Below, piece after piece: positions 12,645-25,740 of a DNA stretch of 64,000 nucleotides. The DNA comes from Ophelia neglecta. Lineage: Eukaryota. How positions within the stretch are numbered: position 1 is the first letter of the stretch; each line of letters opens with the position of its first letter. The DNA lies in assembly GCA_965285935.1 (NCBI GenBank), contig OZ260665.1, positions 49,910,001-49,974,000 of the forward strand, given 5' to 3'. Both the position numbers and the translations under genes were made by a program. The notes beneath the pieces are model-generated. The model did not search any database. It was not told where the DNA came from and worked only from the letters and a program-made list of their open reading frames with translations.

Positions 12645-12819
12645 TACATGGAAACCTGAGAATTGAAACCAACCTGAGGAAAATGTTGGTCTGGTTTAGG
12701 AGATGGACTGCTTTGACAGGTTATTTGACATTGAATGAGTACAGTATGGTTTTTTAGTAGGGGTCTGAGTTGACATGTGGTGTGGAAATAGAAGTGATCT
12801 CTAAGGCAGGTTTCACAGT
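12645..12819. mobile_element. Diverged pogo/Tigger-like MITE
   Basis: Starts tacatggaaacctgagaatt and ends aggtttcacagt. Same family as the copies at 4525-4690 and 17298-17380. Confidence 0.6.
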
Positions 12820-13656
12820 TTTGTTTCAAATAGCTCAGAGTTGAATTATGGTGTGTGGTTGTTTTCAACTAATGAGTTGAATCATGATGGATTGTTGTAG
12901 TCGACTAATATGTCAATGTGAATGTGTGCAGCACAACTGAGAATGATTCTATTAATGACCCTCAGACAGTTCAGTCCTTGGCATGGGTTTACAATCCTTG
13001 CAAATTTTTTGCATTTTATCAAGTTTTGTTTGATCTTGGTGTTCATTTTCAAGATTCTTTTTTTATTTTTAAGGTAAAATATCTTAAATGACAAATTAAG
13101 ATTTTATTTTTGTTGTTAGAGCCTAGAAGTACATTGGGAACCTATATAAAACGATATTTTTGTTCATCTATCTTATCGTTTGGTTTGACAGACATGGATA
13201 GTCCGATGAACATGTCTATTATTATTCACAAAAATGTGAGCATGGAAACACCTGATACAAGAAGGGTCATGCTGTAAACCCTTATATTTTGTGGCCCTTA
13301 ATGTTCGCAGTTTTAATGCTCCACTTATTTTGCTGCCTCTGAATGTCTCCAGCCAAGTCACCAGCCTTGGACAGCCACATCAGCCAGATGTCAGTGGCTT
13401 TCCATCCATGGATTACAGCCAGTGGGCAAGGCCTGTAATGAGTGTTAATGAAATAAGTGAAATTAGGTGAAATATAATAAAAATACATGAGCAGTTTAGA
13501 TCTCATAATTGAGTTTTTATATCTTTAAATACACCCCGTAAAACTTGGACTTGGTTACTGGAAGTGGTCTTAACTCTTGACTCAGCTTAAAACAGGATTA
13601 AAGCAATTAATATGTCCTAACTTGCTAATCAAGGTTTCTGTAAGCTGGGTGTGGTA

Positions 13657-14640
13657 TTGATTGATTGATTGATTGACTTTTTTATTATAGTGACACAGTG
13701 TTATCAAAAATTAAGGCAATACAAATCATACAAATAAACACCCAGCCCTTTTGGGCTTATACGTCACTTTAAATTGAATAAAATCGACAAAAGATTAAGT
13801 ACTGTGCATAGCAGCATTTACAAACAAAAAAAATCATATGTTAAGACAGCCTAGGGTTGTCTATTATCAGATAAGACTATATGTAAATACATATATAGGG
13901 GAATGAATACCAGCAGTGACACTACTGTAAATAAATCATCACGGAGACCCGGAATATTCAAAACAAGTAACAAATTGGTGAAGGGTATTAAATACATCGC
14001 TAACGCTGGAATAAAAATCGCTGGCGTGACTCCCATGCAGCCACTACATAGCGAGATAAATCTCCACATATATTTTGATAAGAAAACAAACTTTTCATTA
14101 GTACTCATATCAACAAAAGAATGATTCACAACAGAAGCAGCACTGAACAAAACTAGCCGCGGTTCAGAGTAGACAGGGCAGACACACATAAAATGTTGCT
14201 CATCCTCAACACTCTGAGTAGAACACAGTTCACACACCCTTTCCTCAACACTTAACCCTCTAAACGTGCCAGTTTCTATTTTTAGCGGCAGTATGCCGAG
14301 TCTGAACTGTGCTAACAATGAACGCTTATATCTAGAGAAACAATGTTTCACATAATCCTCAGCATAACATTGTCTTTGAATTTGAGATAAGAACGCAGTT
14401 TGGGTTTTCTTGTGACTTCAGAACTCCAGTCAGAGTGCATCTTGGACATTAGTTTTTCTTCAGCCAATTTTATATTACAAATTGCTTTTTTTCTAAAAAC
14501 TTCAGGCAATCCTATTTCATTAAATATACATTTCAAATCATGGCTCCAATTATTTCGGGATCTTAACATGTCCCACTTAAAAATTGACTTTGTAAGCCGG
14601 TCATCACTCATAGTGATGAATCTATTCCATGTTCTTAAAC
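13657..14640 (-). mobile_element. 5'-truncated non-LTR retrotransposon 3' end (RTEX/L2-like ORF2 C-terminus)
   Basis: Frameshifted ORFs with RLTKSIFKWD..KPKLRSYLKFK..FRLGILPLKIETG..ERVCELC..VEDEQHFMCVCPVY (CCHC-type C-terminal motif). The 3' end has aataaa followed by a (caat)n tail at ~13657-13685. Confidence 0.8.
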
Positions 14641-14649
14641 AACAAAGAA

Positions 14650-14795
14650 ACCGACCAAGTTTTGGGGTGAGCCAGGTATTAAACTTTTGACTTTGGTCTT
14701 AACTTTTGGCCAATAGAAACACTGATTAAATCAGGCCCAGCTAAAAGGCTAATTTAATTCTTAAACTTCAGACCACTTCTAGAAACTGGCCCAGG
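14650..14795. mobile_element. PIF/Harbinger-like MITE arm (ends gaaactggcccag); probable other arm at ~13545-13650
   Basis: Its reverse complement (tttctagaagtggtctgaagt) aligns with ttactggaagtggtcttaact at ~13555. The family assignment rests on terminus resemblance only. Confidence 0.45.
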
Positions 14796-16510
14796 GAACT
14801 GTTGAAAAATTTCCTAGCTCTACAAAGATTTCCTATGCTGCGTGATATTTTACCCTTAATTGTAAGAATGTGATCTTTCCAGTTTAATGATTCATCAATT
14901 GTAACACCAAGAAATTTAGTCGATTTGACATGTTCCAGCTTGTGACCCTTAATAACAAGGTCAAGGGTAAAAAGTATCTTTCTTTTTGGATTATGAAATA
15001 TAATGAAGTGGGGTTTTTTCACGTTGACGGTTAATTTATTAACTTTTAGCCACAGTGTAATTTTTTCAATTTCGACATTTATGGCAGCAATCATGTCATC
15101 GATATCATTTCCCGTGACAAAAGCATTCAAGTCATCGGCAAAAAACAAAAGAAACAATGTATTAGAAAGATTGGACATGTCATTTATATAAAGTAGGAAG
15201 AGAAGTGGTCCGAGAATTGAACCCTGTGGGACACCGTGCGACATATGAAAAAGTTCATTAGGGACCCATTAAAATCAACATAATGTTTTCTATTACACAA
15301 GTAGCTCCTAACCCACTGACTGGCCTTACCCCGTATGCCGTATTTCTCAAGCTTCAAGATCAAAATCTCGTGATCGACTGTGTCGAAGGCCTTTGAAAAA
15401 TCCAGAAAGAGGCTTAAGACACAGTCGCCACGGTCAAGAACCGTCGAGAACTTATCAATTAACAAAACTAAAGCCATATTGGTGGTTCTATGCCCAGGGG
15501 GGCCACTCAGTGCTAGCCTAATATACCCATGCGCGTACAGAAAACGCGGATAGGGGTATGTTTTCGTTACAAAACGTGGTCCGCGCGGACATATTAATAG
15601 TGGTATACCTGAACAAGTTCTTCGCGTTTTGGGGGGTTGTTGGAATCTTGCAAGACCTCCAAAATTAGAAGCATTTTATATGGTAACTATCGAGGTCTTG
15701 CCATCTTGTATAGCCCTATTCACTGTCAATAGTTGTGATCTCATAGGTGAACTTTAGACCTAGTTTCACACTCCTTGCTTTGGGGTGCTTTTCAAAATTA
15801 TTCCTTGCTTTGGGTGCATTTATTGGGCTACAACTCCTCATTTTGGGGGGGCTTTTTATTCTCATGCTCGCGCATGGGTATATTAAGCTAACACTGAGTA
15901 GCCCCCCTGGGGTTCTATGTTCACGAAACCCATATTGGTATTCCTGAAGAATTTTGTGTTGATTTATGAAGTCCAAAAGCCTGTTATACACAAGTTTTCC
16001 AGCACTTTTGAGATTATAGGTAAAATAGACACTGGCCGGAAATTACTAAACAAAGTCTGGTCTCCACTTTTAAATATTGGAATGACCCTGGCAATTTTTA
16101 ATTCATCGGGGAACAGCCCCAGTGTGATTGAAAGATTAAGAACATGTGTCAAAGGTTGAATAAATTAAGAGGTTGGAGAGTCGGAAACAGTGGGAATAGC
16201 CTTTGCCAATTTAGGAGCTATTTTAGCGAAGAAACCATTAAATTTATTTGAAATTATCCCCGAGTCTGTTGTATATTCATTGCCAATAAGAAATTTAGAA
16301 TTTACCTTCCCCTGTTTATTTTTGTTGACAACCTATTTTATAATTTGCCATGAACGACAAAGGTTATTCTTGTTGTCATTCAAGATAGACTGGTAATAGT
16401 CTATTTCGAAACGCTGAAGGGTATTTTTCAGTTTATTATTAAACTCTTTATATTTACCGGTAGCCATATTATCTGGAGTAGGATGTTTGTTTTTTCTCCA
16501 GAATAATATG
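14796..16510 (-). mobile_element. Decayed CR1/L2-group LINE reverse transcriptase
   Basis: RT motifs in several frames: FPDELKIARVIPIFKSGD..NFRPVSILP, QYGFR, FLDFSKAFDTVDH, GVPQGSILGPLLFLLYIND, FADD, KFLGV. Confidence 0.92.
15493..15911. mobile_element. MITE with cccagggggg termini and 8-bp TSD, inserted in the LINE
   Basis: ~40-bp imperfect TIRs (cccaggggggccactcagtgctagcctaatatacccatgcgcg and its reverse complement). TSD gttctatg at 15485-15492 and 15912-15919. Confidence 0.9.
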
Positions 16511-16568
16511 TTTTTAATAAGAGAGGATAGTAATATGGAGGATAGTAAGAGAGGATAGTAGCATGGAG

Positions 16569-16720
16569 GATAAACATTGTGCTGATACACTACTAGGTCG
16601 TAGGATAAACATTGTGCTGATACACTACTAGGTCGTAGGATAAACATGTGCTTATACACTACTAGGGCTTAGGATAAACATTGTGCTAATACACATTGTG
16701 GTAATACACAACTAGGTCTT
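16569..16720. repeat. Minisatellite, ~35-bp unit x4 (gataaacattgtgctgatacactactaggtcgtag)
   Basis: Tandem copies visible directly. Confidence 0.85.
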
Positions 16721-17297
16721 AGATGTAGTGGCCTCTAGTTACTACTGTCTTAGATGCCCGGGTAAAGCCCGGGGCCATACCTGACCCCTCATCTAGGTAG
16801 CGGGGGTTGTTCGCCGGCGTCCGTTGGCCGGACCAATCTGAAATACCTTGCTTCGCCCCTGCCTAGTGGAAAAAGGGTAGTTTTGTCCTTGGGAATGATG
16901 GGAGAACAGTTATTTATAAATCCTAAACTTTCTTGGCAAATTTCTGTGAAATACGATGAATGGATGCTCCAATGAAGGGACTCTCTCCTACCAATTGACA
17001 TTTTTCAATGACCAAGTCCTATCTTTCCCATGTAAATGTCCCCCTGATGAAGGGACAGCTGCTATGAGGGGACTCTTTTGCTTGGATAAAGGGGTGTCCC
17101 TACAACACTGTAAACTGAAAACCAACCCCCCCCCCCCCCCCCCCAGACTTATAAGCTTTGTGATATTTCTACCTGATGACATTATCTGGGCTAGCCTTAA
17201 GTGGGAAAACATTACATTGTTTAAGTTGGCAGAGAAAGGGGAATAAGGATGTTAAATATCCATGTTATACCAGTGCAAATTTCTTTGCTAATTAATA

Positions 17298-17380
17298 TAC
17301 AGGGAAACCTGAGAATTAAGACCACCCAAGGGACTGCAATATACTGGTCTGATTATGGATGTGGTCTTTTTAGACAAGTT
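17298..17380. mobile_element. pogo/Tigger-like MITE left end
   Basis: tacagggaaacctgagaattaagaccacccaagg..atactggtctgatt matches 4528-4565. Confidence 0.6.
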
Positions 17381-17729
17381 GTACTTAAATGAGCCTGAGA
17401 GAAGTACTGTAACACTGGCTCCTGGAAAATTAGCCAAAATGGTTTACAAAAACTAGTTCCCTTTGTGGTACGGAAGGCTTTGTATGTACGGTGTAGTTTT
17501 ACCAAGTAAGGAAGATGTCAAAACTGCTACCCGTCCACCTTCTCTTGGCATGCTGTAGGCCAGGTCCAGTAATAAATGATTTATTGCACATATATTACAC
17601 AGGAAGACCCTTTTTTGACACATATCCTGTACGAATCCCCGTCAATCACATGCACTAGTTATGCACGAGCCTCATGCCGATTACAATTGAAATAAATACC
17701 ACTAATATGTTAGAAAAGCTATGCTCTTC

Positions 17730-20700
17730 TTAGTTGAATATTTTGAAGTTTTTATAGTTAAAAAGTCGGAAAGACGACACAGTTCGTCGGGGGAGAATTT
17801 TAGGATCTTTTTCCTCTTTTTTCCCCTCTTTGCTCTCTTGACTAGTCCGGGGAGATTTGTGCCTTTTGAATGCCATTTTTGAACCATTGGATGTCGACAG
17901 TCCGGTCTTGTCCTCTGATATAAAGAGTGGTTGCAATGGTAATATGGAAATTGTGGATATATCTCGAAGTACAGCCTTGAAAAATACTTCCACCGACTCC
18001 ATGTCTTCAGCTGCCGAAGCTTCGAAGAAGGAGCAGTCAAACTCGTTCCCCAGAGCCTCTCCTTCCGCCCTGCTAACAGTTCTACGAGGGAAACATAGGA
18101 AATAGGCATAAAGTGGATTCATTAAGCTGGGCTAACGTTACAAAATGTCTTTCCGTTCCCATTATCTACTAATGTGCCCGAACATAAGAGGCTAATATAC
18201 TTAATAATTATACAAAGAGTGCCACATACAGTTAGGGACAAACCTACTCGCCTTGAACTTGTACATGAGGTATAAACAAGTTCATGAGGAGGCCTACCTG
18301 TATCTCTCTAGATCCATTTTGTTACCGACTAGCACGATGGGGGTTTCTCGGCCAGATTCCCTCGAGTACTGAGTCAGTTTGTCCAGGTGCTGGGTAGCTC
18401 GCTCATAACTCGTCCGGCTAGTTATACTGTACACCACCACAAAGCCGTGAGCCCAGGCTAGGTACCGATCGGCCTTGCCATCATCCTAAACAAAACATAA
18501 CTAAAACCTCAACCTGTTTCCTATTAGTCCTATCGTCATACACAATATTTGAGTTTGAGATACTTAATGCAATTTTTTTTTCACAAATACTTAGGCTTCT
18601 AGTTTTCCGAAAGAAGGAATATTGAATCATGCAGTCATATTTATATGATTGCCCAAGAGACTGGTTTATTTACGGTTGACATGTTGCAGAATATACAAGT
18701 TTGTGAAACCATTAGAGAATAATTTCCTTGAGCGGGAAATTGAGTTTCTCACCAGCGCGTCATACGTGTCCATTACTCTGACTGTTATTTCTTGTCCGTC
18801 CACATTGTCTATCTTGGCATATGTGTCCTCTGCCAAATGATAAACATAAAAAAACCTCTTTTATTTCTCACAATTAACGTAAAATCAAACATTTCAGCCT
18901 AGCACTACGGTATGTTTCAATGTTCAGTGTAGCTTTTAGTGGTCGGATGACTTACCCAGAGTGGGGTCGTATTCCATGATAAAGCGACGGGTGATGTATT
19001 TCACTGTCAATGCTGCAAAGCAGAAACAAGCATGATTATGATATAGTTTTAATTTTCATAATTTTACGAATTTTTTTAAACACGCGTAGCAAGAACCCTT
19101 ATAACAGCTGCTTATGGCGGAAGAACACCCATTTCCGAGTGGAATTAAACAATTGGGTCATACGTTAAAACAACGTTCTACCCGCGCCCAACAGGCTAGC
19201 TTCAACCCGCAGCCATATATAAAATGGTTATATTCGTTTTCATGGTATAGGTGTTATTTTATTGCTAACCTCAGGTGAGGCATTATTATATTGTATCTGA
19301 CACCACACTGTTGTATCACATAGCAACATGTGCTAGAGATTTTGAACGAATATAAAAGTTATCTTCATAGTCTGTCCTCGCAGCTGTTCAGTTTCCGTGC
19401 CAGATTTTACCCACTGGCTTTCATTTGGCCAAAGCCAATTTCGAAGGAATTTTTCTCTGCTGTTTTTACCGTGCAGAATACTAAAAAAAAGGGCACTCTC
19501 AATTATCTATGCACCTACCCACGATACTTTGTACGCCTATAGCCAGAATTTCTTGGGAGAGTTAGATAAAGACTCAACCAGATATTTCTTTATCAAAATG
19601 AAAAAACCCATAAAATTACTGACTGATTACTGGGCCGTTTTTCTAGAGTCACAGAGACAATAAAGGAATTGGTGCATGGGGGGATAGGCTCACGTAGATT
19701 CGCGTATTAAAGATTTTGTATGTACTTAGCCCCCTGTACTTGCCATTTCAAGATTTGCCCGAACATCAACTGCACTAACTTACAGTAGGATTTATTTTAG
19801 CTTGTATGGGTCCATTTCAAGTGTAATATAATAATCTAAATCGAAATAACACGGGTTGCACGGTACTCCGTCAATTTGTGATGTTTCTGCCAACTGCAAG
19901 CGCTGTTAAATACACATACCTTTTAGATATAAATATGAAAAAAGTGTTAGAGTGAAAATGTTTTCCGCGGTAAGTTTCCGTAATCCTTTCGAACTTGGTG
20001 CCAAGGGCCAACTTTAGACGTTAGATATTGGGCTATTGTACATGTGCACGGCACAACAAACGATGTTAATTACGCCAATAACTATAGGCCCGAAAGCGTA
20101 TAGGCTCATGTAAATACATATAGAGTACTCTAGTTGCTTAAGGTAAAATCACGTCTGCCAATAAATTGAGTACCTAGCTATTGCAGGCACTCACTCATTG
20201 ACCTCACCTATAAATGCGCAGGGTATTCTGCAACAATTGCTTAGTTCAGCGCGCACGTACTCTATGCTTAGGCCTACCTCACTCAGATTGAATATGACGT
20301 TAGTTATAAAAATTAGAGCTGCGGAAACCTCAGCTCATTTGTAGAGTTTTTTTTTTCTTGAGACGCAAATATTCCTCCCTAAATGTCGTGGCATTTCCTC
20401 GAGCAGCCCCTGTTATTGTGCTGTTCGAGGTGAACAAAACTTTGCTTAAAACTTGCTATGATTACTATAAATAGGTAACTAAGAGGGGGCTGAATCTCGC
20501 TACGAGCCATTTGATTCATTTGGCCAAGAGTTAATATGTAATTCACCACATAAATTTGAAAGGCTAAACCAAAAAGGTCATACTAATTCTTTGTCTGTCT
20601 ACCCGGAAACCGACCGAGGGGAGTTTTTGTCGAATTCTACATGTATGTAATTAGTTGTATTTCCCGGCTGCATGGAATTATAAACTCACCCCTGCTGCTT

Positions 20701-22684
20701 AATATGCTACCTAATCTTTTTCAGTAATAAATTATTATCAATTTATAACAACAAATACATGTATATTGAAATCTTTTAACTGTTTGGCTCGGTCGTTTAT
20801 ATTTCAGTCCGCATTTGTGCGTGTTTTTTCGCTGATCTCAATAGACATATTCTTTATCACAAAAGAGGCATATACTCGCATAAATGTCATCTAGTTTCGT
20901 TAAGGACAAGGCAACTTTTACGGCTATGAAAGAATTCAGATGGCTATAACTAAGCTGTGTATATATGCGGGTCTCTATAAACCGATGAGTAGCCTAAAAA
21001 CAATGCCGCTACTGATTCCATCATTTTGAAAGTACTACGAATGCTGCCCACGAACATGACGATGGTTTCTTCAGGGTTGGGTCAGTCAGCCCTGAGAATC
21101 AAGAATAGACCCCCATTTCAGGGAAATAGGCGTTCGTATCTAGGTGAAAAGATAGGAAGAGAAACCTCTCTCTTGACCATTCTCCCTTACCTCACTTAAA
21201 TAGGCCAAAGAGCCAATAGGCAATGAGTTAGAAATACTGAAATAGGCTACTGCAAATGTTTATTGGTATAGAATTCTGACTAGGCTTATAATGACTTTTT
21301 AAAAGTCTACGTATAGAAAGCCATGGGAGGACGGTAGACGTGCGTGAATTAATCAGTCTTCTACCAGAAGCCTGAATAGCTGACAGACTGCCCTTCAAAC
21401 TTCTTCCACTGATATTTCTTAGATACTCGACTCTTCAAAACAGCAACTGCTCTGACTAATGCACTTAAGACATGACCAGCCGACAACATGACAGAGAGAG
21501 TAAAACGAGAGAGACCAAGTTAGTAAACATCAGCTCAGTGCGATTATCCACAGTATATGTAGTCTAAAATATGTTACAAATCTCAAAACCTGCCATTGTA
21601 ACCTGTAGGAGAGAGAGAGAGAGGGGGGGGGGGGGCTAATTACATCAGCAAAAAGTAAGAAGAGACTTGGAAGTTTTAATATGAGCAATGACTGATGTAA
21701 AACTGTATTGATAAGAACAATTGGGCTTACTGAAATGTTGTAGTGAGCCATATCAATCAAGCCGCAAGTAGAACAACAAAAAGTTAATTCTTCCGCTCAA
21801 GATTGTGTTAGAAGATGAACTGTAATGGTATTTTGACTGAAATGATAATAATATGCCAAAATATTTCAAAAAAACCATGCTCTCTTGATAGAAACAAATA
21901 GGTAGCCTGCGTCAAATGTATATGGGATATCTCATTATAACCTCTACATAACCTATTTCGTTCAGCTACGTTTTTAGCGCTAGGTAAGACGGGCACTGCG
22001 CCGAGTTGTTAGCGTGTATATTCAAAAATCCGAGTCGCCTGTAAGCGGATAAGTGAGTGGTGACAATATATCAAGTAAAATACTCTTCTTACATTTCAAA
22101 AATAGAAAGTTTCCATAAATCTAATGTTAGTGGTGTGCATTCTAAAGAGATTATTGAAACAGCAGTGTCCGCGGCAAGTGCCGACCGGACAGACTCTTGC
22201 AAGAAGTTGCACATATTTCTCTGTGTTATTTGCCAACAAACAGGTGTGAATGGGTGAGAAAAGATGTATCCTTGTCCAAGGACGAAAAGTAGGCCGGTAG
22301 GTACTCTTATATGTTAATAGGTTGTGGGAAACGATTTTTTGTCTAACAAACAATACAGACACTTTGTGTCAAAATACTATACATTAACCTCTATTAATAA
22401 AGGTTAGTAAAAAGGGTGAGTAAAACACGCCCTATCACTTTGTTTATTTTTAGTAACACGCATTTCACAAAGTACCAGCTCCTCAAAGAAGTATCAGGTC
22501 CAACATGAATTTATTCCTATCACCTAGATTGATATTCTTTAAATATGTTCATTTTAGCTTTGACATCATAAATGCAAAAGGTACCTGATTTTCCTGAACC
22601 AACTGCTCCGAGCAAAGCAATGTTGTATTCGTGGGACTCCTTGCCCGAGACGCCTGGTCGCTTACTGCCCATCATATTGTGCAT
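17730..22684 (-). CDS. Ras-like small GTPase, RERG/RASL11/RASL12 family (5 coding exons)
   Basis: Exons 22585-22684, 18956-19012, 18753-18829, 18298-18485 and 17730-18081, with GT-AG boundaries and consistent phases. Protein: [73 protein letters not shown]. No CAAX box. The start codon could be 22684 or one of the next two Met codons. Confidence 0.92.
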
Positions 22685-24859
22685 GGCGAACTTAACATTA
22701 ATAAATAACACACTATACGTCAAACTCGATCTTTAGATGCTTACCAATCATATGCATACCTCAATATAATTCTTAACGTATTTATTTGGTGACAAACTAA
22801 AATATGCTCGACGAATATTTGATCAAGCAATTTCCATAACCCTGAGCTTTTCGAAGGACAGTTTAAACTTTGCTTCCTTCTGAGCTTTTCTCCGTATGGT
22901 TGACTTGAACTTGTTACGTTGTTGTGGTTATCACTTATGGAAATGCATTAAACACCACACTATGTTGGTTTTAATTTACATAAATGTATACAAATGTTGT
23001 TGAACTCTCGTGATCAAAGATGTTAGCGTGATGTCGTCGTAAGTACCAATAGTTTCCCTTCTGGAATCAGTCCAATGTATGATCCATATGAGTATTCCTG
23101 GATGCCAAATATTTGCAGTAAGAGAATAAAACAGTATTCATATATGTTGTCTAGTCTGCGGTTTGCAAGTAGACCAGATGGAAACTCATGTGCAAGTATC
23201 ACATGTTAGCTAGTTTGGTGATTTCCTCCCGTCATCCCGCTCAACCAAACAAATATTGTATGCTTACAAGTACCTCTCTGATAATCCTACCAGCAGCGGT
23301 TTAAACAATCAGGGAAAAGGAGTCCTTTTTGTTTTGCCTTTTATCAGGTTGGTTGCCGGTAACTGAATCTTTCTTGGCTTCCACCTCCAAAGTTTATCGT
23401 AGAGAACTGCATGGTTATATCCTGATATCACCAGCTCTCGCTGGTTGCAATAGTGCGCTAATAACTTAGCTTCACTTATCTAGATTATATGCCAGAACAG
23501 CTTTTTGGAGAAAATCTTATCTTATTAACTCTGACCCGTAAGAAAGTGCAATGCAATCAGTCTGGTTCTAACGTATTTGAACTTCCTGCCGACAAACAGG
23601 CGACTCAGCTCGACAAAGGAGAGACTGCCTAGAACTTACAGCGATAGGAGCATTCTGCAGTAGTCCCAGAGGAGCCCCGCGATTCTTACTTCTTGTGATA
23701 CTGATAGAGTATTTCCAGAGCAATTTGCTCAAAATCTGGCAAACATCTGGATAAAACGAGCAATATTTACCCCAGCGTCTGCAAGGGGCATAATCACGGA
23801 AAAATCACAATCTCTCGGCCTATACACCACACACTGAAGAACGACCGGAATTACCAGATTGTTGTCCGAAGCTCAAGTCCATCCCGGTTTTAAATTGCCT
23901 CACGACGACGTCGAGCATTGAACCTACTCATCTACCTAACAGGATCGAACCGTGCCATGCACATAGATCGCCGACACTTCAATCTATCTCATTACTGTCA
24001 TTAACATTACATGACTCCTGCTTAGGGAATTGGCGCGCCAAGTCTCTAGCAATACAACATGCGACTCAAACGGCTCATAGCTTACTGAGATTTCACAAGC
24101 CGTTAAGACCATTAAACCTCTGTATTGCCCACTGATTAAGCCTATCACTGCTGATGGCCACTTTTGTTTGTAAACTCATAGCGCACACAGCTTATCGTAC
24201 TGCCCGTCTTGCTGACCATGCCGGCTACATGCAATGTTTTCAGGACTCGAGCAGCCAGTGTACATATCCTGCTTGCCTGCAGACTATCATATGCATGTGT
24301 AGCCATAGGTGTCAGCTATATCTCATCAAGCGTTGGTAAAGAGCAGTGGGGCCTTGGCAGTCAGCAACCGAGAGAGCTCATGAGTGGGTCTGTCAAAATG
24401 ACGCCCAGAGCAACTGAACTCGACCAAATGCACATGTGTAAATACACAAAACACCGGAAGAAATGAAAGCCTCACTCGCTCTAGCTGTGTCTGTTGCTGG
24501 CCTAGAAGTTTATGTTTTATATTGGCAACTTGGCTTGTCAGCCACACAGTGGGTAATGGCAGGGGCAGTGAGCCTGCTACCATCACTCAAACCCGCCGAA
24601 CAAGCTAGAACTAAATCAGGCAGGCACAAAAGACAATTCTCCGCCTAAGTATGCTTCTATTCCTAAGGACTAGCCCTATGTACAAATCTGTTTATGAATT
24701 AGTTAACTTCCCTTGGTGTGTTTAGCCAAGAACATAACCATGCATGCAAATAGCTTTTGTGATACCTGATATGCAATTTTATTTTTTCTTTGTCTTCCAA
24801 TTAAGGGTCTAACTATTTCTATTTTTCCAAATCCATAATATAATTATGCTGGGTTATGT

Positions 24860-25740
24860 AAGGTCGTTCCCATTTATAAGAAGGGAGAATCTTGTGTCCA
24901 GTGCACGTATTAGCCAGTTTCCATACTGTCCGTCTTGTTTAAGAGTTCAACGTGTAATTCATATTCAAATAACTAAATTCTTGCTCGAATCCAATGGATT
25001 TTTGGGTATTGATCAGACATTCGATGTAGCTTTTCTAGTGAAAGTGCATGATTTGATAAGTTTTGCCGATTTGTTTAAATTAAATAAGGACAAGGAAGAT
25101 TTCACTGGAATACTGTTCACTACTTTACAAAAGGCATATGATACTCTATAGAATGAGAACCTGCTTGAAACATTGGGGGCTGTCTGTTTGAATGGTGTAT
25201 CAATTGCATGGCTTTCTTCTTATTTAAAGGCAAAAGTAAGAGATTTTAATGGCACGTTTTCTGGTAATATGTCAATAGTTCGTGGTGTGCCACAGGGGTC
25301 CATTCTCGGCCTGTTTTTTAAATTTATAATGCATGTCAACATTGCTAAAGTATAATCTGTTCTTGTACACTGAGGACTCTTGGGGTGTCTTGGAAAAAAT
25401 AATTTTTGAAGAGACCAACAGCTATAAGTAAATTAATTATCTCTGCCCATGGATAAAACAGAAAGCAACCTGTTTGGCTCTAGGAGGCAATTGTGAAGAT
25501 GTGCACAGTAAAATATAATGTATAGTAGTAAATGTTTGACCTTTTAAACCAGTATGAAATAGCTTCGTGCCATGTTGGATAATCAAATGAACAGTACATG
25601 TATAGCTGAAACAGTGATCAAGCGTGTCAATATGATACTCAAACTCTGAGTAATTATTATCTGTGGTGCTCTAATTCAACCTCATTGCGGATAAAACTCA
25701 CTTTTCAAACAGTAATTCGATTTGTTGGTGACCTTGGCCA
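24860..25740 (+). mobile_element. Highly decayed CR1/L2-like LINE RT fragment
   Basis: LQKAYDTL and GVPQGSILG motifs in broken frames (ORFs 24846-25151 and 25173-25355). Confidence 0.7.

Noticed and set aside
23930-23960. ggatcgaacc (reverse B-box) suggesting a tRNA or SINE
   Set aside because: No cloverleaf or properly spaced A-box could be found.
24154-24648. Cluster of overlapping short ORFs in a GC-richer patch
   Set aside because: No protein motif, splice pattern or repeat structure could be supported.
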